Made by a program: the position numbers and the translations under genes
From: a virus
IMG/VR virus record: IMGVR_UViG_3300027708_000022
Location: 1 to 64,000 of that record
Reading direction: 5' to 3' (one strand)
DNA length: 64,000 bases
The notes under the pieces: generated by a model
The model's input: only the letters and a program-made list of their open reading frames with translations
What the model was told of the DNA's origin: nothing
The model's database searches: none
Part shown: positions 48,118 through 57,855 of the stretch, in pieces
Layout: the number at the start of each line of letters is the position of its first letter
Numbering within the stretch: position 1 is the first letter of the stretch

Positions 48118-50168
48118 TAAGTATTAGTCTTTTTTTCTAGTATTGTTAAGATAGAAGTTGGATCATCAACATCTATGGTAATAATAGTATCTCTTGTTGA
48201 CTGAATGATACCCTTTTCTGCTTCAATATTTAACCTAATCAAACCATCAGTCGAGTCAACAGAAGTTAATCTAATATCATTAATAGTTATGATACCATTA
48301 TTATAGTCGATTGTACCAGCATTTGAATTGATAATCTGTCTCTGTGCTAATGAGTCGTAGTAAATTGTTCGTAGTGTACCTGTTCTTCCATCAATAACAG
48401 CAACGGCTTCTGCACCGTAACCACTACCGCCGGTGATAGTAACAATAGCTCTAGTGTAGTCTGTACCACGATTTGTGATAGTGATACTTTGTATTTTTGA
48501 ATTAACAATCACGGCTTCTGCTGTTGCACCAGTACCATCACCACTTATGGTAACTGTTGGTGTTGTTACATAACCAGAACCTGGATTTGTAATCTGAATA
48601 TCTGAAACACCGGTGTATGACTGTGGTGCTTCTTCAAATAAAGCATACCTTGAAACCCCTGTGGTATCATTTACAGTAAATGCGGTTGAAGTTAACCTGT
48701 TCGTAAGTGTTCCACGATGTAGAGGTACATTATACTTAATGGTATAACTTGCTGACTCATTTAATTTTGGAGTAAACCTTCTTTGTAAACGAACAATAGT
48801 TTCAGAACCAACAATTGCATTAGCGTCAACACTATCAATGTTATCTTGCATCTTTGATTGAATAAATGTTGAATTGAATTTATCCAAATTTGTTGTTTTG
48901 TAATTTATAACAGCTTGTTTAATATTGTTTTTTAATGTTTGTTCATCTAAAGAAGTTTTCTTTGTATCATATTGCACAGTATTTTCTATAATCAAATACA
49001 AATATTGTGTGTCTCTAATTTCAGCCTGAACAGAAACAATAGATTTTGGGTTAATAATTTCGTCAATGATTCTTTGCTTTTCTGTTTCGGAAATGTAGTA
49101 ACCGCTCTTAGGTTTCAAAGCAATGTAAACTTTACCAAACACTTTTGGTATTTCATCTTCACCACCCCAAACGGATAAACTGTCTACGCTAGGATAGTTA
49201 CTTTTAATATATGCTTCATAATCTTTAACAGTTACCAATCTATTCTGAGTAGCATACTGTGCGGCAGCTGAATACTTGATTGAATCTACATTTTCATTTG
49301 TAGAACCGCCGGCTGCTGATGAAACTGTATCTATTGTAAATGTTGAATAACCACCAATGTTTTGTGTACCAATAAAAGCATTGGCTTTATTTGCCAAATC
49401 ACCTTTTGTTTTCAAGTATGTTATAGAAACAATAGCACCATCTGGTAATTTTTTACCAACAACATCATCACCAAAATAAATTTGATAGTTACCATTTCGG
49501 CCTTCTTGTAAAAAGAACACCTCACTGGTTGATGTGATATCTAAAATATCTGTTACTTTACTATACAGAGTTGATTGTGTATTACTTGCATTAGGTTTAA
49601 CGATAACAGTTATTGTGGTAGTATCTACCGAAGTATCATTAATTGTGAATATAGATTTAGGATTATCAATTTTGGTATAAGAATAATTATATGTTACCAA
49701 CTGTCCTTCATAAATTTCAACATTCTCAAAATAGAAAGATGTATTTGATTTTGTAACAGTATAATTATCAAGTGTTACAAAACTGTAAGAAGTGCCATCA
49801 ATTAAGTTTGATAGAAAAGTATAACCTTTTGGAATAGAAAGTTCAGCCGGAACTGTTGTTCCAGAATTTATTGTTACATTAATTTTTGCCACAGGTGATG
49901 TGTATGAATAAGGAACATAATTCAACATCTTAGCATGAGATACCACAGAATCTCTCAGAATAGCTGTATCCAAGAATGATTCATTGGCAACCATATTGAG
50001 GTAATATGCGTTGTAATGTGTGTTGTATGCCAAAACCTCAAGAAGAATATTTAATCCAGAACCTTCAAAATCATAATCTTGAAATTGAGATTGTTGTTTT
50101 AAATATGTTTTAAGGTTTGTTTTGATTTGGTCAAAATCAAGTTCGGTAACTCGTAAACGGTTTGCCAT
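48117..50168 (-). CDS. gp6: Baseplate wedge subunit
   Basis: LDFDQIKTNLKTYL..Q..FQDYDFEGS.L..LL..LAYNTHY, VVSHAK.L.Y.P, QNRLVT..DY, VWGGE. Confidence 0.93.
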   Translation of the reverse strand: MANRLRVTELDFDQIKTNLKTYLKQQSQFQDYDFEGSGLNILLEVLAYNTHYNAYYLNMVANESFLDTAILRDSVVSHAKMLNYVPYSYTSPVAKINVTINSGTTVPAELSIPKGYTFLSNLIDGTSYSFVTLDNYTVTKSNTSFYFENVEIYEGQLVTYNYSYTKIDNPKSIFTINDTSVDTTTITVIVKPNASNTQSTLYSKVTDILDITSTSEVFFLQEGRNGNYQIYFGDDVVGKKLPDGAIVSITYLKTKGDLANKANAFIGTQNIGGYSTFTIDTVSSAAGGSTNENVDSIKYSAAAQYATQNRLVTVKDYEAYIKSNYPSVDSLSVWGGEDEIPKVFGKVYIALKPKSGYYISETEKQRIIDEIINPKSIVSVQAEIRDTQYLYLIIENTVQYDTKKTSLDEQTLKNNIKQAVINYKTTNLDKFNSTFIQSKMQDNIDSVDANAIVGSETIVRLQRRFTPKLNESASYTIKYNVPLHRGTLTNRLTSTAFTVNDTTGVSRYALFEEAPQSYTGVSDIQITNPGSGYVTTPTVTISGDGTGATAEAVIVNSKIQSITITNRGTDYTRAIVTITGGSGYGAEAVAVIDGRTGTLRTIYYDSLAQRQIINSNAGTIDYNNGIITINDIRLTSVDSTDGLIRLNIEAEKGIIQSTRDTIITIDVDDPTSILTILEKKTNT

Positions 50169-50169
50169 T

Positions 50170-50568
50170 TTATCTTATCCGTTGCAGCAAAAATCTTATT
50201 GTTATTGGTTCGCTTCTATTAACAATTTCAAATTCCATGTATATTCCAAATGAATTTTTATCATAAAGTGGTGCAACTTGTAGAGTTGTGATTCTAACTC
50301 TAGGTTCAAAATTGGCAATAGTTTGTCGTATTTCTCTATCTAAATTTGATGCAGTAATATTATCAAGTGGTTCAAACAACATTCTACGAATGTTGGAACC
50401 CAAATCTGGTTGAAACGGCCTCTCATAATGATTGGTAACCAACAGGTTACGAACAGAATGAATGACAGCTTGCTCATCTGTCCATCTGTTGATATCTTTT
50501 TTGACCGGATGAACATTAAAGTTCAAATCCAAGTCACTATACTGCCTATTGATTATTGAGGATGCCAT
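50170..50568 (-). CDS. gp25: Baseplate wedge subunit
   Basis: YSDLDLNF.VHPV, SVRNL..TNHYERPFQP.LGS, FEPRV. Confidence 0.93.
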   Translation of the reverse strand: MASSIINRQYSDLDLNFNVHPVKKDINRWTDEQAVIHSVRNLLVTNHYERPFQPDLGSNIRRMLFEPLDNITASNLDREIRQTIANFEPRVRITTLQVAPLYDKNSFGIYMEFEIVNRSEPITIRFLLQRIR

Positions 50569-50580
50569 GTTCTATTTATT

Positions 50581-51411
50581 CTATGTGTTGGCAATATTTG
50601 TCTTTAGAAGGTCAGTTCCAATTAAATTGTTCACCATGTATGTAGTCGTGTTGCCCATACTGGTAAAATTCTTAACAAAGTAATAATCATCTAAAATCTG
50701 TCTAGATTTTGCATAAAAATTCCAATCGTGAGCTCGTCTAACCGCAATCAAACTATTTGCAGTCTGTACATGAGTTATGATTGTATTAATTTGGTTAGCT
50801 GTTAAACTTGAAATTCCACCTGAATTGGCAGCATCCATAGCAAGTCTGTCGGTATAAATTACTAAATTATTGGCCGTCAACTCACTACTGATAAACAGGC
50901 TTGTAAAATTACCCAACATTGGTGTTGTATTGGAAATAGAATCTGTAGTATTGGTCAAAACCAGAAGTTGTTGGCCCATACTAATCACAGAATCATAATG
51001 TGGAATCGTTGTACTATCTGAAGTCGCTACTGTTAATCCAGATATATTATCGGTGTGCGATTTGAATGCATTAATTTCTGTGATGAATAATAGAGTAGTA
51101 TTAGCTAAATCCATTGCAGCATTACTTGCACCAATTTGTGTAAATGTATTTACTGGGTTACTATTAGCTGATGTGTAAATTGATGTGGCATTTGCCAATA
51201 ATGTTGTGCATACATTAGCTGTTGGATTTTTATAGTACCTACTTCTAGAAACAACACCATCCGCAATATCATTTTGTTGCCAAGTTGTAACTTCTGGTGG
51301 TGTAAGGGACAAATACTTCTTTGTTTGATCCGTTAAGTAAATACTATCACCATACTTTGTATCATCAAAGCTATAATTTAAACGAGCGAATACACTATTT
51401 GCAGTTGTCAT
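50581..51411 (-). CDS. Hypothetical baseplate-region protein
   Basis: 276-aa ORF packed between gp5-C and gp25. Confidence 0.65.
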   Translation of the reverse strand: MTTANSVFARLNYSFDDTKYGDSIYLTDQTKKYLSLTPPEVTTWQQNDIADGVVSRSRYYKNPTANVCTTLLANATSIYTSANSNPVNTFTQIGASNAAMDLANTTLLFITEINAFKSHTDNISGLTVATSDSTTIPHYDSVISMGQQLLVLTNTTDSISNTTPMLGNFTSLFISSELTANNLVIYTDRLAMDAANSGGISSLTANQINTIITHVQTANSLIAVRRAHDWNFYAKSRQILDDYYFVKNFTSMGNTTTYMVNNLIGTDLLKTNIANT

Positions 51412-51421
51412 AATAATCTCA

Positions 51422-52267
51422 TTACATTAAAGGTATAGGTGGACCACTAGGTCCTTTTGGAGTAGGATGAATATGAGCATCGTACATATCTCTTATAATT
51501 TCCATCGAACCCCTCACATCAAAAACTTGAATACCTGTTACAAGTGGCGCTTGAACACTTGTTGTTCCCACAATAACACCAGGTGTTTCTCCTGCGTTTG
51601 GAAATCCAGAATAAATTCCACCTAAAGTAGAAATTCCAGCAATAGGATTTAAAGATGTTGGTACACCAGCGTGAATACCTGTACCCGCCGTAATTTGTCC
51701 TCGTGAAGTAATGGATTCAGATGTAATTGCACCATCAATATCAAGGTCACCCTGTAAAGATAATCTGCTTCCAGCTGCCATTCTTATAACACCGGATGTT
51801 GTTCCAACAGACAGGTCCATATCATTAGCAGTTTGAACTAATCGTTTATTTACAACTTGTTTGAAATTTCCTTGAACTTCCAAATAGTAGTCACCAGTAA
51901 TTTTTTCAGTCTTGTCACCATTAACCGTAATAGAAGTGTTGCCGTGTATAGTAACTTCACAGGCGCCCGTAATTGAAACTTTGTTACCTTTTTGGTAAAT
52001 TTCATAATTTGTTCCAATGATTTTAGTAACCATTGAACCATCAGGATGAACAGCTGTATATGTTCCCGTTCTATGAATCTCAGCTGTTGTTTCTGAACCA
52101 GGAGTATCATCTTTTACTGTTGTGTGACCTGAAGCTGTAGTAACAGCGGTCACATATGGATATGTTCCAATGTTTAATGGTCGTTCTGTCCAACCACCAA
52201 CGGTAGATTCACCCTCTAATAATTTATCTTGTTCTTCAGTTGTATATTTACTATTTGTTCCAGCCAT
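51422..52267 (-). CDS. gp5: Baseplate spike, gp5 C-terminal-like (beta-helix with HxH tip)
   Basis: YPYV...T.SGH....DDTPG.E....HRTGTY..VHPDGS, I.G-type repeats, terminal YDAHIHP. Confidence 0.75.
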   Translation of the reverse strand: MAGTNSKYTTEEQDKLLEGESTVGGWTERPLNIGTYPYVTAVTTASGHTTVKDDTPGSETTAEIHRTGTYTAVHPDGSMVTKIIGTNYEIYQKGNKVSITGACEVTIHGNTSITVNGDKTEKITGDYYLEVQGNFKQVVNKRLVQTANDMDLSVGTTSGVIRMAAGSRLSLQGDLDIDGAITSESITSRGQITAGTGIHAGVPTSLNPIAGISTLGGIYSGFPNAGETPGVIVGTTSVQAPLVTGIQVFDVRGSMEIIRDMYDAHIHPTPKGPSGPPIPLM

Positions 52268-52269
52268 AA

Positions 52270-53130
52270 TTATATTCTTCCATTTCCATATGAGGTACTA
52301 TCATATTGTGAGTATCCTGGGAAAAGTCCACTTAATACAGAATTCTTTTCAGTTTGCGATAATGTGCTAGGCGAAGTAACAGATCCAATAATTTTTGATG
52401 GAGCCTGCAATAATTCAGATGTTGCAGAAGTTAATTGCTTTGTACTATTTAATAATGTAGTAACATCGGAAGTAATACCACCATCATCTATGTCACCTAG
52501 TTCATCTATAGCTTGAAATATGTTTCTTTTTATTTCAGCATAGGCTTGTGCTAAACAGTCTTTAAAAAGTTTTAACAGTTGAGCGGGTAATGATAAAATG
52601 AAAGCAATCAAAGCACGAATTTTAGCAATCACCAAAACAACATTGTTTACGAAACCATTAATTAAATTTATATAGTATGTTATATTCTCAACAAGATTTT
52701 TTATAGACTTGATTATATCAGAGAATCCCCCAAAACCTGGAGTAATACCTAAGGCCTTCAATGCAGCATTTATGCCCTTTCTGATGCCCAAAATAATAGT
52801 TCTAGCTACGTCTGATGCAAGTTCAACAGCTTTACGGACATAATTATTTTGGCCACACTCATGTACTAAATTATTATTAATTTTTTCAATCACCGTACCT
52901 GTTGTCGTTGATGCAGAATTTGGTATAGTTGTATTTGAAGAATATTTTTGTACGGGTGGAAGTATACCGTTGACATTGTAAGAATATAATGCATCGGCCG
53001 CAGCTTTACTTGCAGCATCATTCAATCTATTCTCATAAGCAATATCGGTTTCCCCTGTTAGTTTTGGGGTAGTTATTGGATCCCTTGCAGCATCTTGGTA
53101 TGGTACAAGGTCGATTGTAATTAAAGCCAT
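52270..53130 (-). CDS. Hypothetical helical protein between gp5 fragments
   Basis: Own SD (AGGA); long amphipathic/hydrophobic helices. Confidence 0.65.
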   Translation of the reverse strand: MALITIDLVPYQDAARDPITTPKLTGETDIAYENRLNDAASKAAADALYSYNVNGILPPVQKYSSNTTIPNSASTTTGTVIEKINNNLVHECGQNNYVRKAVELASDVARTIILGIRKGINAALKALGITPGFGGFSDIIKSIKNLVENITYYINLINGFVNNVVLVIAKIRALIAFILSLPAQLLKLFKDCLAQAYAEIKRNIFQAIDELGDIDDGGITSDVTTLLNSTKQLTSATSELLQAPSKIIGSVTSPSTLSQTEKNSVLSGLFPGYSQYDSTSYGNGRI

Positions 53131-53142
53131 TTCATAATCCTA

Positions 53143-53469
53143 TCAAGGCACACCAGTTACAACTGCGGGAGTATATGTTGTTGTGGTGTTTTTAACATAT
53201 CCCATTAAAACTCCAAGAACAAGTATTTCTTGTGCGTTCTGTCCATCTAATGCAGTAACATAAACCCAATCACCAATAGATATTGTTTCAAAATAACTTT
53301 TATGATTAGCTGAGTGTAGAACATGAGCCCATGGTAATTTATTTGTGGGAATTTTTATTTTATCATTACCATGAACATCATATATGCGTACACGGACTCT
53401 ACCCAATTTTAATGGGTCAGCATTATCTTCTACTATTCCAATTCCGTTGTATGTTTGTGATAATAACAT
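53143..53469 (-). CDS. gp5: Stand-alone gp5 N-terminal OB-fold
   Basis: GIVEDNADPLKLGRVRVRIY..H......IPT..LPWA...GDWV...LDG..AQE..VLG. Confidence 0.8.
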   Translation of the reverse strand: MLLSQTYNGIGIVEDNADPLKLGRVRVRIYDVHGNDKIKIPTNKLPWAHVLHSANHKSYFETISIGDWVYVTALDGQNAQEILVLGVLMGYVKNTTTTYTPAVVTGVP

Positions 53470-54737
53470 TATTCTTTGATATCAAGTGTTGAATCTGTTA
53501 CCAAATCCATTGTAGTTATATGTTGTTGTGAATCGTTACTTTGAGATTTAATTGTATGTTTTGTTGCTATAATTAAATATGTTCCAGTTAAAGTCAAATC
53601 TATACCATCAGTACCATCATTATCTGGTCTAACTGAGAATTTTGGAACAATAACTCTAGATGTTTTTCCTGAAGTTAATGCAAAATTACCAGCCATAACA
53701 ACTCTAACTTTTTTAGCAAACAAATTTTGCATGATGGCTTCACGTTGTAAAAGCCATTTGTCGGGTGTCTCTTCATTACCTGTTGGGTTACTATTGTAAA
53801 AATAAGATTCTATTTTACTATAGTAGGCTTGATCCGGATTTATACTGAATCTACTTGTTTTTGGTATAACACCATTTTTTTTAGGATTTGCAGAATCTAC
53901 ACCAGTTTGGTCTTGGTTGTATGTTGTTCGTATTTCTTTAAATGTTCTATTAATAATATCATAAAAACGACCAGTTTTAGCATATACCCCAGATTTTGTG
54001 TTTTCAATAAAATCGTATTGGTCTAACACTTCAAATGCTCTAACTCCAAAAAATTCTTGATTCATATCATTTACTATATTTTTTGGAGAAAAATTGATAT
54101 TAATTAATGGAGTCTGTTTGAAAATATTAGATGTTGTTGTAAAATTAAACCCATCAGCATTTTCAAAAAACAAAAATGTTGGTTTACCCTGTTGGTCAAG
54201 AGCTCTTTTAGAACACCATGTAATAGCATCAAGTGGTTTCATAGTGGGTATAATCACACTCCTTATACCTTGAGAATTATCAATTACACCTTTCAATTTA
54301 ATAGGAAGAACTTTTAAATAATTTTTCAATATAAGTCTAGCTATATTGGAATATGTATCTTCAAAATGTTGTGCAACCCTTGTTTGTTCGGATACGGTAT
54401 ACTCATCAGAGATAAAATCTAATTGATATGATTCACTACCATATGTTAAAATGTCTCTATTACTTCGTTTGTATATATGAAATACTTTTTCATAAGAAAA
54501 TAAATCACCACCTTTAGACATTTTAACAATCAGGTATTCTGATCCATCAAATTGAAATCCACGCAAGGATCCTAATGAATCGACAATAATAATATTACCT
54601 GAAATTGTATTGGTAAAAATACTATCAAAGATATTCATTTCTACAAAAATGGAACGAATATCCACTTCAACATTATTTTTGTAAATAACTAAAGATTTTA
54701 TTTCATATTGAGCTGTCTGATTAATTTGTGTGGCCAT
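53469..54737 (-). CDS. Baseplate hub protein (gp27-like)
   Basis: MNIFDSIF...ISGNI, IP.MKP.DAI.W, FLFFEN.DGFNF, LTGTYLI...KH; between gp53 and gp5. Confidence 0.7.
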   Translation of the reverse strand: MATQINQTAQYEIKSLVIYKNNVEVDIRSIFVEMNIFDSIFTNTISGNIIIVDSLGSLRGFQFDGSEYLIVKMSKGGDLFSYEKVFHIYKRSNRDILTYGSESYQLDFISDEYTVSEQTRVAQHFEDTYSNIARLILKNYLKVLPIKLKGVIDNSQGIRSVIIPTMKPLDAITWCSKRALDQQGKPTFLFFENADGFNFTTTSNIFKQTPLININFSPKNIVNDMNQEFFGVRAFEVLDQYDFIENTKSGVYAKTGRFYDIINRTFKEIRTTYNQDQTGVDSANPKKNGVIPKTSRFSINPDQAYYSKIESYFYNSNPTGNEETPDKWLLQREAIMQNLFAKKVRVVMAGNFALTSGKTSRVIVPKFSVRPDNDGTDGIDLTLTGTYLIIATKHTIKSQSNDSQQHITTMDLVTDSTLDIKE

Positions 54738-54740
54738 CTA

Positions 54741-55382
54741 TTAAACACTCATATTGAATATAGTTTTCAATTCACCCATAACTGTAGGAACAAATTCTTT
54801 TCTTAGTACGATTATATGTCGTTTTTCTTCATTCAATTCTGTTTCATAATCAAAATATGTTTTTGTTTCTTTTGTTATAGCAATATTTACTTGTTTACCA
54901 TCTTTCAATGTATATGTTGTATCGGTTACTGAAGTGTTAGCATATGTACCACTATCAATCTCAATTTTATCTTGTGTATATTGTCCAGTACCAACAGTTT
55001 TAGTTTCAACTTTATAATATGATTGGTTATTATTCTTAGCCCAATCAGTACCCGTTTGGCCTACCGAAGCATTGGCTGAATATTTACTTTCGATAAATTT
55101 ATTCAAATCTCTTTCTTTCATTGGCCAATCATATTGCGGATCAACTATATCATTCATCATCAAAATAATCCAATGTTTTTCAACATCACCGTAATACTTA
55201 TATGCTATAATTTCAGGTGTATCTTCATCAGTAACAATGAATTTAATGTATGCAGCTGAATTTTTTTTGAATTCTTGTTCAAAAGCAAATCGTTTTGTAA
55301 TATCAGTGACAACATCCAAATCAGTATTTCCATCTGTATTAGTATAGTATGTCGTTGGGAAGTTATAGAAATAGTTAGCCAT
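54741..55382 (-). CDS. gp53: Baseplate wedge protein (LysM-like)
   Basis: YFYNFP, DTPEIIAYKYYGD...HWIILMMNDIVDPQYDWP, YE.ELNEEKR.I. Confidence 0.9.
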   Translation of the reverse strand: MANYFYNFPTTYYTNTDGNTDLDVVTDITKRFAFEQEFKKNSAAYIKFIVTDEDTPEIIAYKYYGDVEKHWIILMMNDIVDPQYDWPMKERDLNKFIESKYSANASVGQTGTDWAKNNNQSYYKVETKTVGTGQYTQDKIEIDSGTYANTSVTDTTYTLKDGKQVNIAITKETKTYFDYETELNEEKRHIIVLRKEFVPTVMGELKTIFNMSV

Positions 55383-55391
55383 ATTTTATCT

Positions 55392-56699
55392 TTAACTCTT
55401 CAATCCGTTAATAATTGCAGAAACATCATCTGAAAGTGGATTTGATGCCGGTACGGGACCCAATGGGTCATCCATTCCATAGGATTTTTCATACATAGCA
55501 CCTCTATAATATTCTTTAGTAATAATTTGTGTTTCCATAAATGATAATGATAAACCAATACCAACTGGCATACCAGTTCTACCAAGTTGTGGATCATTTT
55601 CACCAGCAACTTCGTATGCATGAAATCCCTTTGGTGCATAATTAATAGAAACATTTTTCAAAACGCAAGTTGAAATTTTATCAATGTTTGGATTTTGTTT
55701 ACCATTGTACATAAAAGAAATATCAAATTCGGATGGTGGAATCAGAAAAAAACCACCTGTATTTTTCATAATTTCTGGAGATTGATGAAATCTAAATCTT
55801 TCCAATATTCGTTGTACAGTGAAAGCTTCTTTTTCTGACCTAGGATAAAACATAAATGAAAAATTAAATTCACGAAAACTTGGTTGGGAATAAATTACTT
55901 CTAACATAGGGTTATTAACAACGCCTGTTGCAGCTGTTGCTAATGCTTTAAAAAGTTGACTATTACTTTTTTGAGCAAGGCCTTGTGCAGCAAAAGTAGT
56001 GTAAGGAACAGCATTAGTATCGGAATTTTGGACACTATTCATTATTGCTGTTCCTATTGATACTGCTCCTTGAGCACTCAAAATATTACCGCCAAGTTGA
56101 GTTTGTTTATATGTTTGTGAATTGCTAAAACTCAATGTGTCAGGCATATACAACGCAATAGTATCAGTTGTCCTCTGTATTGTCCTTAGAAAATTTTGAG
56201 GAGTTACATTGTTTTTCATATTACCTAATGATGTTCCAACACTTTTGGCAAATTCCACTCCTGTCGGAAACATTTTATGGGTTTCGTCTGAAATATTTTG
56301 AGATGCATTCACGACACTATTAATAGCACCTGATAGAAATTTACTAGTATTTTCATCACCAGATAAAGATCCTATTTTTGTAGCAGCGTCACTAATGTAT
56401 TTACCTATTGTATCTGCGGCCGGACCAAGAACACCACCATTTGTATAACCTCTCCTACTTTGCAAGTCCCTCATATTTTGAACTATAGTAGGTTCATCAC
56501 TAGCTAGAGTTCCGGAAAATTGAGTATTCTTTTGTTCATTGATGTTAAATAGAATGTAATGTCCTTTATCATAATTTCCAACATCTTCAGGATAACGATA
56601 AGTATTGCTTTGATATTGTGACCCACCAAGATTTGCTGGACCGCCCAATCTATTTCCATTGGAATTCATCACAACATCTAAGATTTGAAAGAATGACAT
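55392..56699 (-). CDS. gp48: Baseplate tail-tube cap
   Basis: YRYP.D, IALYMP, NP.LEVIY..P.FREFNFSF.FYPRS.KEA, CVLKNVSINYAP, LSFMET; start set at ATG 56699, downstream of late promoter. Confidence 0.85.
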   Translation of the reverse strand: MSFFQILDVVMNSNGNRLGGPANLGGSQYQSNTYRYPEDVGNYDKGHYILFNINEQKNTQFSGTLASDEPTIVQNMRDLQSRRGYTNGGVLGPAADTIGKYISDAATKIGSLSGDENTSKFLSGAINSVVNASQNISDETHKMFPTGVEFAKSVGTSLGNMKNNVTPQNFLRTIQRTTDTIALYMPDTLSFSNSQTYKQTQLGGNILSAQGAVSIGTAIMNSVQNSDTNAVPYTTFAAQGLAQKSNSQLFKALATAATGVVNNPMLEVIYSQPSFREFNFSFMFYPRSEKEAFTVQRILERFRFHQSPEIMKNTGGFFLIPPSEFDISFMYNGKQNPNIDKISTCVLKNVSINYAPKGFHAYEVAGENDPQLGRTGMPVGIGLSLSFMETQIITKEYYRGAMYEKSYGMDDPLGPVPASNPLSDDVSAIINGLKS

Positions 56700-56730
56700 T
56701 TTTAGCCTATTGATTAAAATGATATCTATA

Positions 56731-56738
56731 TATTTATA
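56731..56738 (-). promoter_or_regulatory. Late promoter for baseplate operon at the strand-divergence point
   Basis: Exact TATAAATA on minus strand, overlapping the gp4 start. Confidence 0.72.
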
Positions 56739-57181
56739 TGACATTCGGCAAAACTTTTAAAGGATTCTTCAAACCAAAGAATCCAAAGAAATATAATGGT
56801 GATTCCACCAATATCGTCTATCGTTCCTCATGGGAATTGAAAGTGATGAAGTGGTTAGACGAGCACCCAAAAGTGATATGGTGGAACTCGGAGGAACTTA
56901 TAATTCCCTATAGAAGTCCTGTGGACAATAAAATGCACAGATACTTTCCTGACTTTATTGCCAAGATGAGGCAAAAAGATGGTTTGGTAATGACTTATGT
57001 AATTGAGATTAAGCCAGATTCACAGACTAAGATGCCGACTCAGAAAAGGAAAACAAAGAGATATCTACAAGAAGCGGCTACATATGCTGTTAATCAGGAG
57101 AAGTGGAGAGCAGCTGATATCTTCTGCCAGGAACATGGTTGGAAGTTTTTAGTACTAACGGAGAAGCATCTTGGTATCTAA
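56738..57181 (+). CDS. gp4: Head completion nuclease
   Basis: GFFKPKNPKKYNGD...IVYRSSWE, HRYFPDF, IEIKP, NQEKWRAA, LTEKHL. Confidence 0.93.
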   Translation: MTFGKTFKGFFKPKNPKKYNGDSTNIVYRSSWELKVMKWLDEHPKVIWWNSEELIIPYRSPVDNKMHRYFPDFIAKMRQKDGLVMTYVIEIKPDSQTKMPTQKRKTKRYLQEAATYAVNQEKWRAADIFCQEHGWKFLVLTEKHLGI

Positions 57182-57264
57182 ACTTCAAAAAGGTACACCT
57201 CTACTTATGCTACATAAACAGTATTTCCTAAGGCAATGTTAGCAATAAACCAATGATTACCACA

Positions 57265-57272
57265 CATAAATA
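57265..57272 (+). promoter_or_regulatory. Late promoter variant for gp2
   Basis: CATAAATA 4 nt before ATG 57277. Confidence 0.6.
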
Positions 57273-57276
57273 GAAT

Positions 57277-57855
57277 ATGGCATATCTATTACGAAGAATT
57301 AATGAGCAACTTGCCAAGGCAGGGTTGCAACCTAGAACAAACCAGGCAAGAGCCTGGTTGAGGGCTAAGATCAATGATTTAAAACCATCTCGCCAATCAA
57401 TCCTAAGAGACAAGGCACGATCAAGAGATTCAACCATCATAGGTCGTATGTACTTTTTTTATTACGATCCAAAGATGAAGGAGACGTTGCCATATTACGA
57501 TAGGTTCCCATTGGTAATCCCAATAGAACAATACCGAGACGGTTTTTTAGGGTTGAATCTGCACTATATTCACCCAAAGCAACGCATACTTCTTTTAGAT
57601 ACATTAAGTGAATTTGCAAATAATTCCAAATATGATGCTAGTACCAAATTACGGTTAAGTTATGATTTGTTAAAAAGAGCAGGTACAGCATATCAAGCCA
57701 CACCATGCATTAAGAGATACCTATTCGCTCATGTACAAAGTCGTTTTGTGGAAATAACAGCCGATGAATGGGATATCGCAGCACTATTGCCATTGGAGAA
57801 TTTCCAAAAGGCTCCAGCAAGTAAAGTTTATTCAGATTCTATGGAACAATTCTAA
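57277..57855 (+). CDS. gp2: DNA end protector protein
   Basis: GRMYFFYYDPK.KETLPYYDRFPL, GFLGLNLHY, PCIKRYL..HV.S.F. Confidence 0.93.
   Translation: MAYLLRRINEQLAKAGLQPRTNQARAWLRAKINDLKPSRQSILRDKARSRDSTIIGRMYFFYYDPKMKETLPYYDRFPLVIPIEQYRDGFLGLNLHYIHPKQRILLLDTLSEFANNSKYDASTKLRLSYDLLKRAGTAYQATPCIKRYLFAHVQSRFVEITADEWDIAALLPLENFQKAPASKVYSDSMEQF

Noticed and set aside
57182-57264. Minus-strand promoter antisense to gp4 (TTGCCT-N18-TAGCAT; CATAAGTA)
   Set aside because: Matches are too degenerate for AT-rich DNA to support a call
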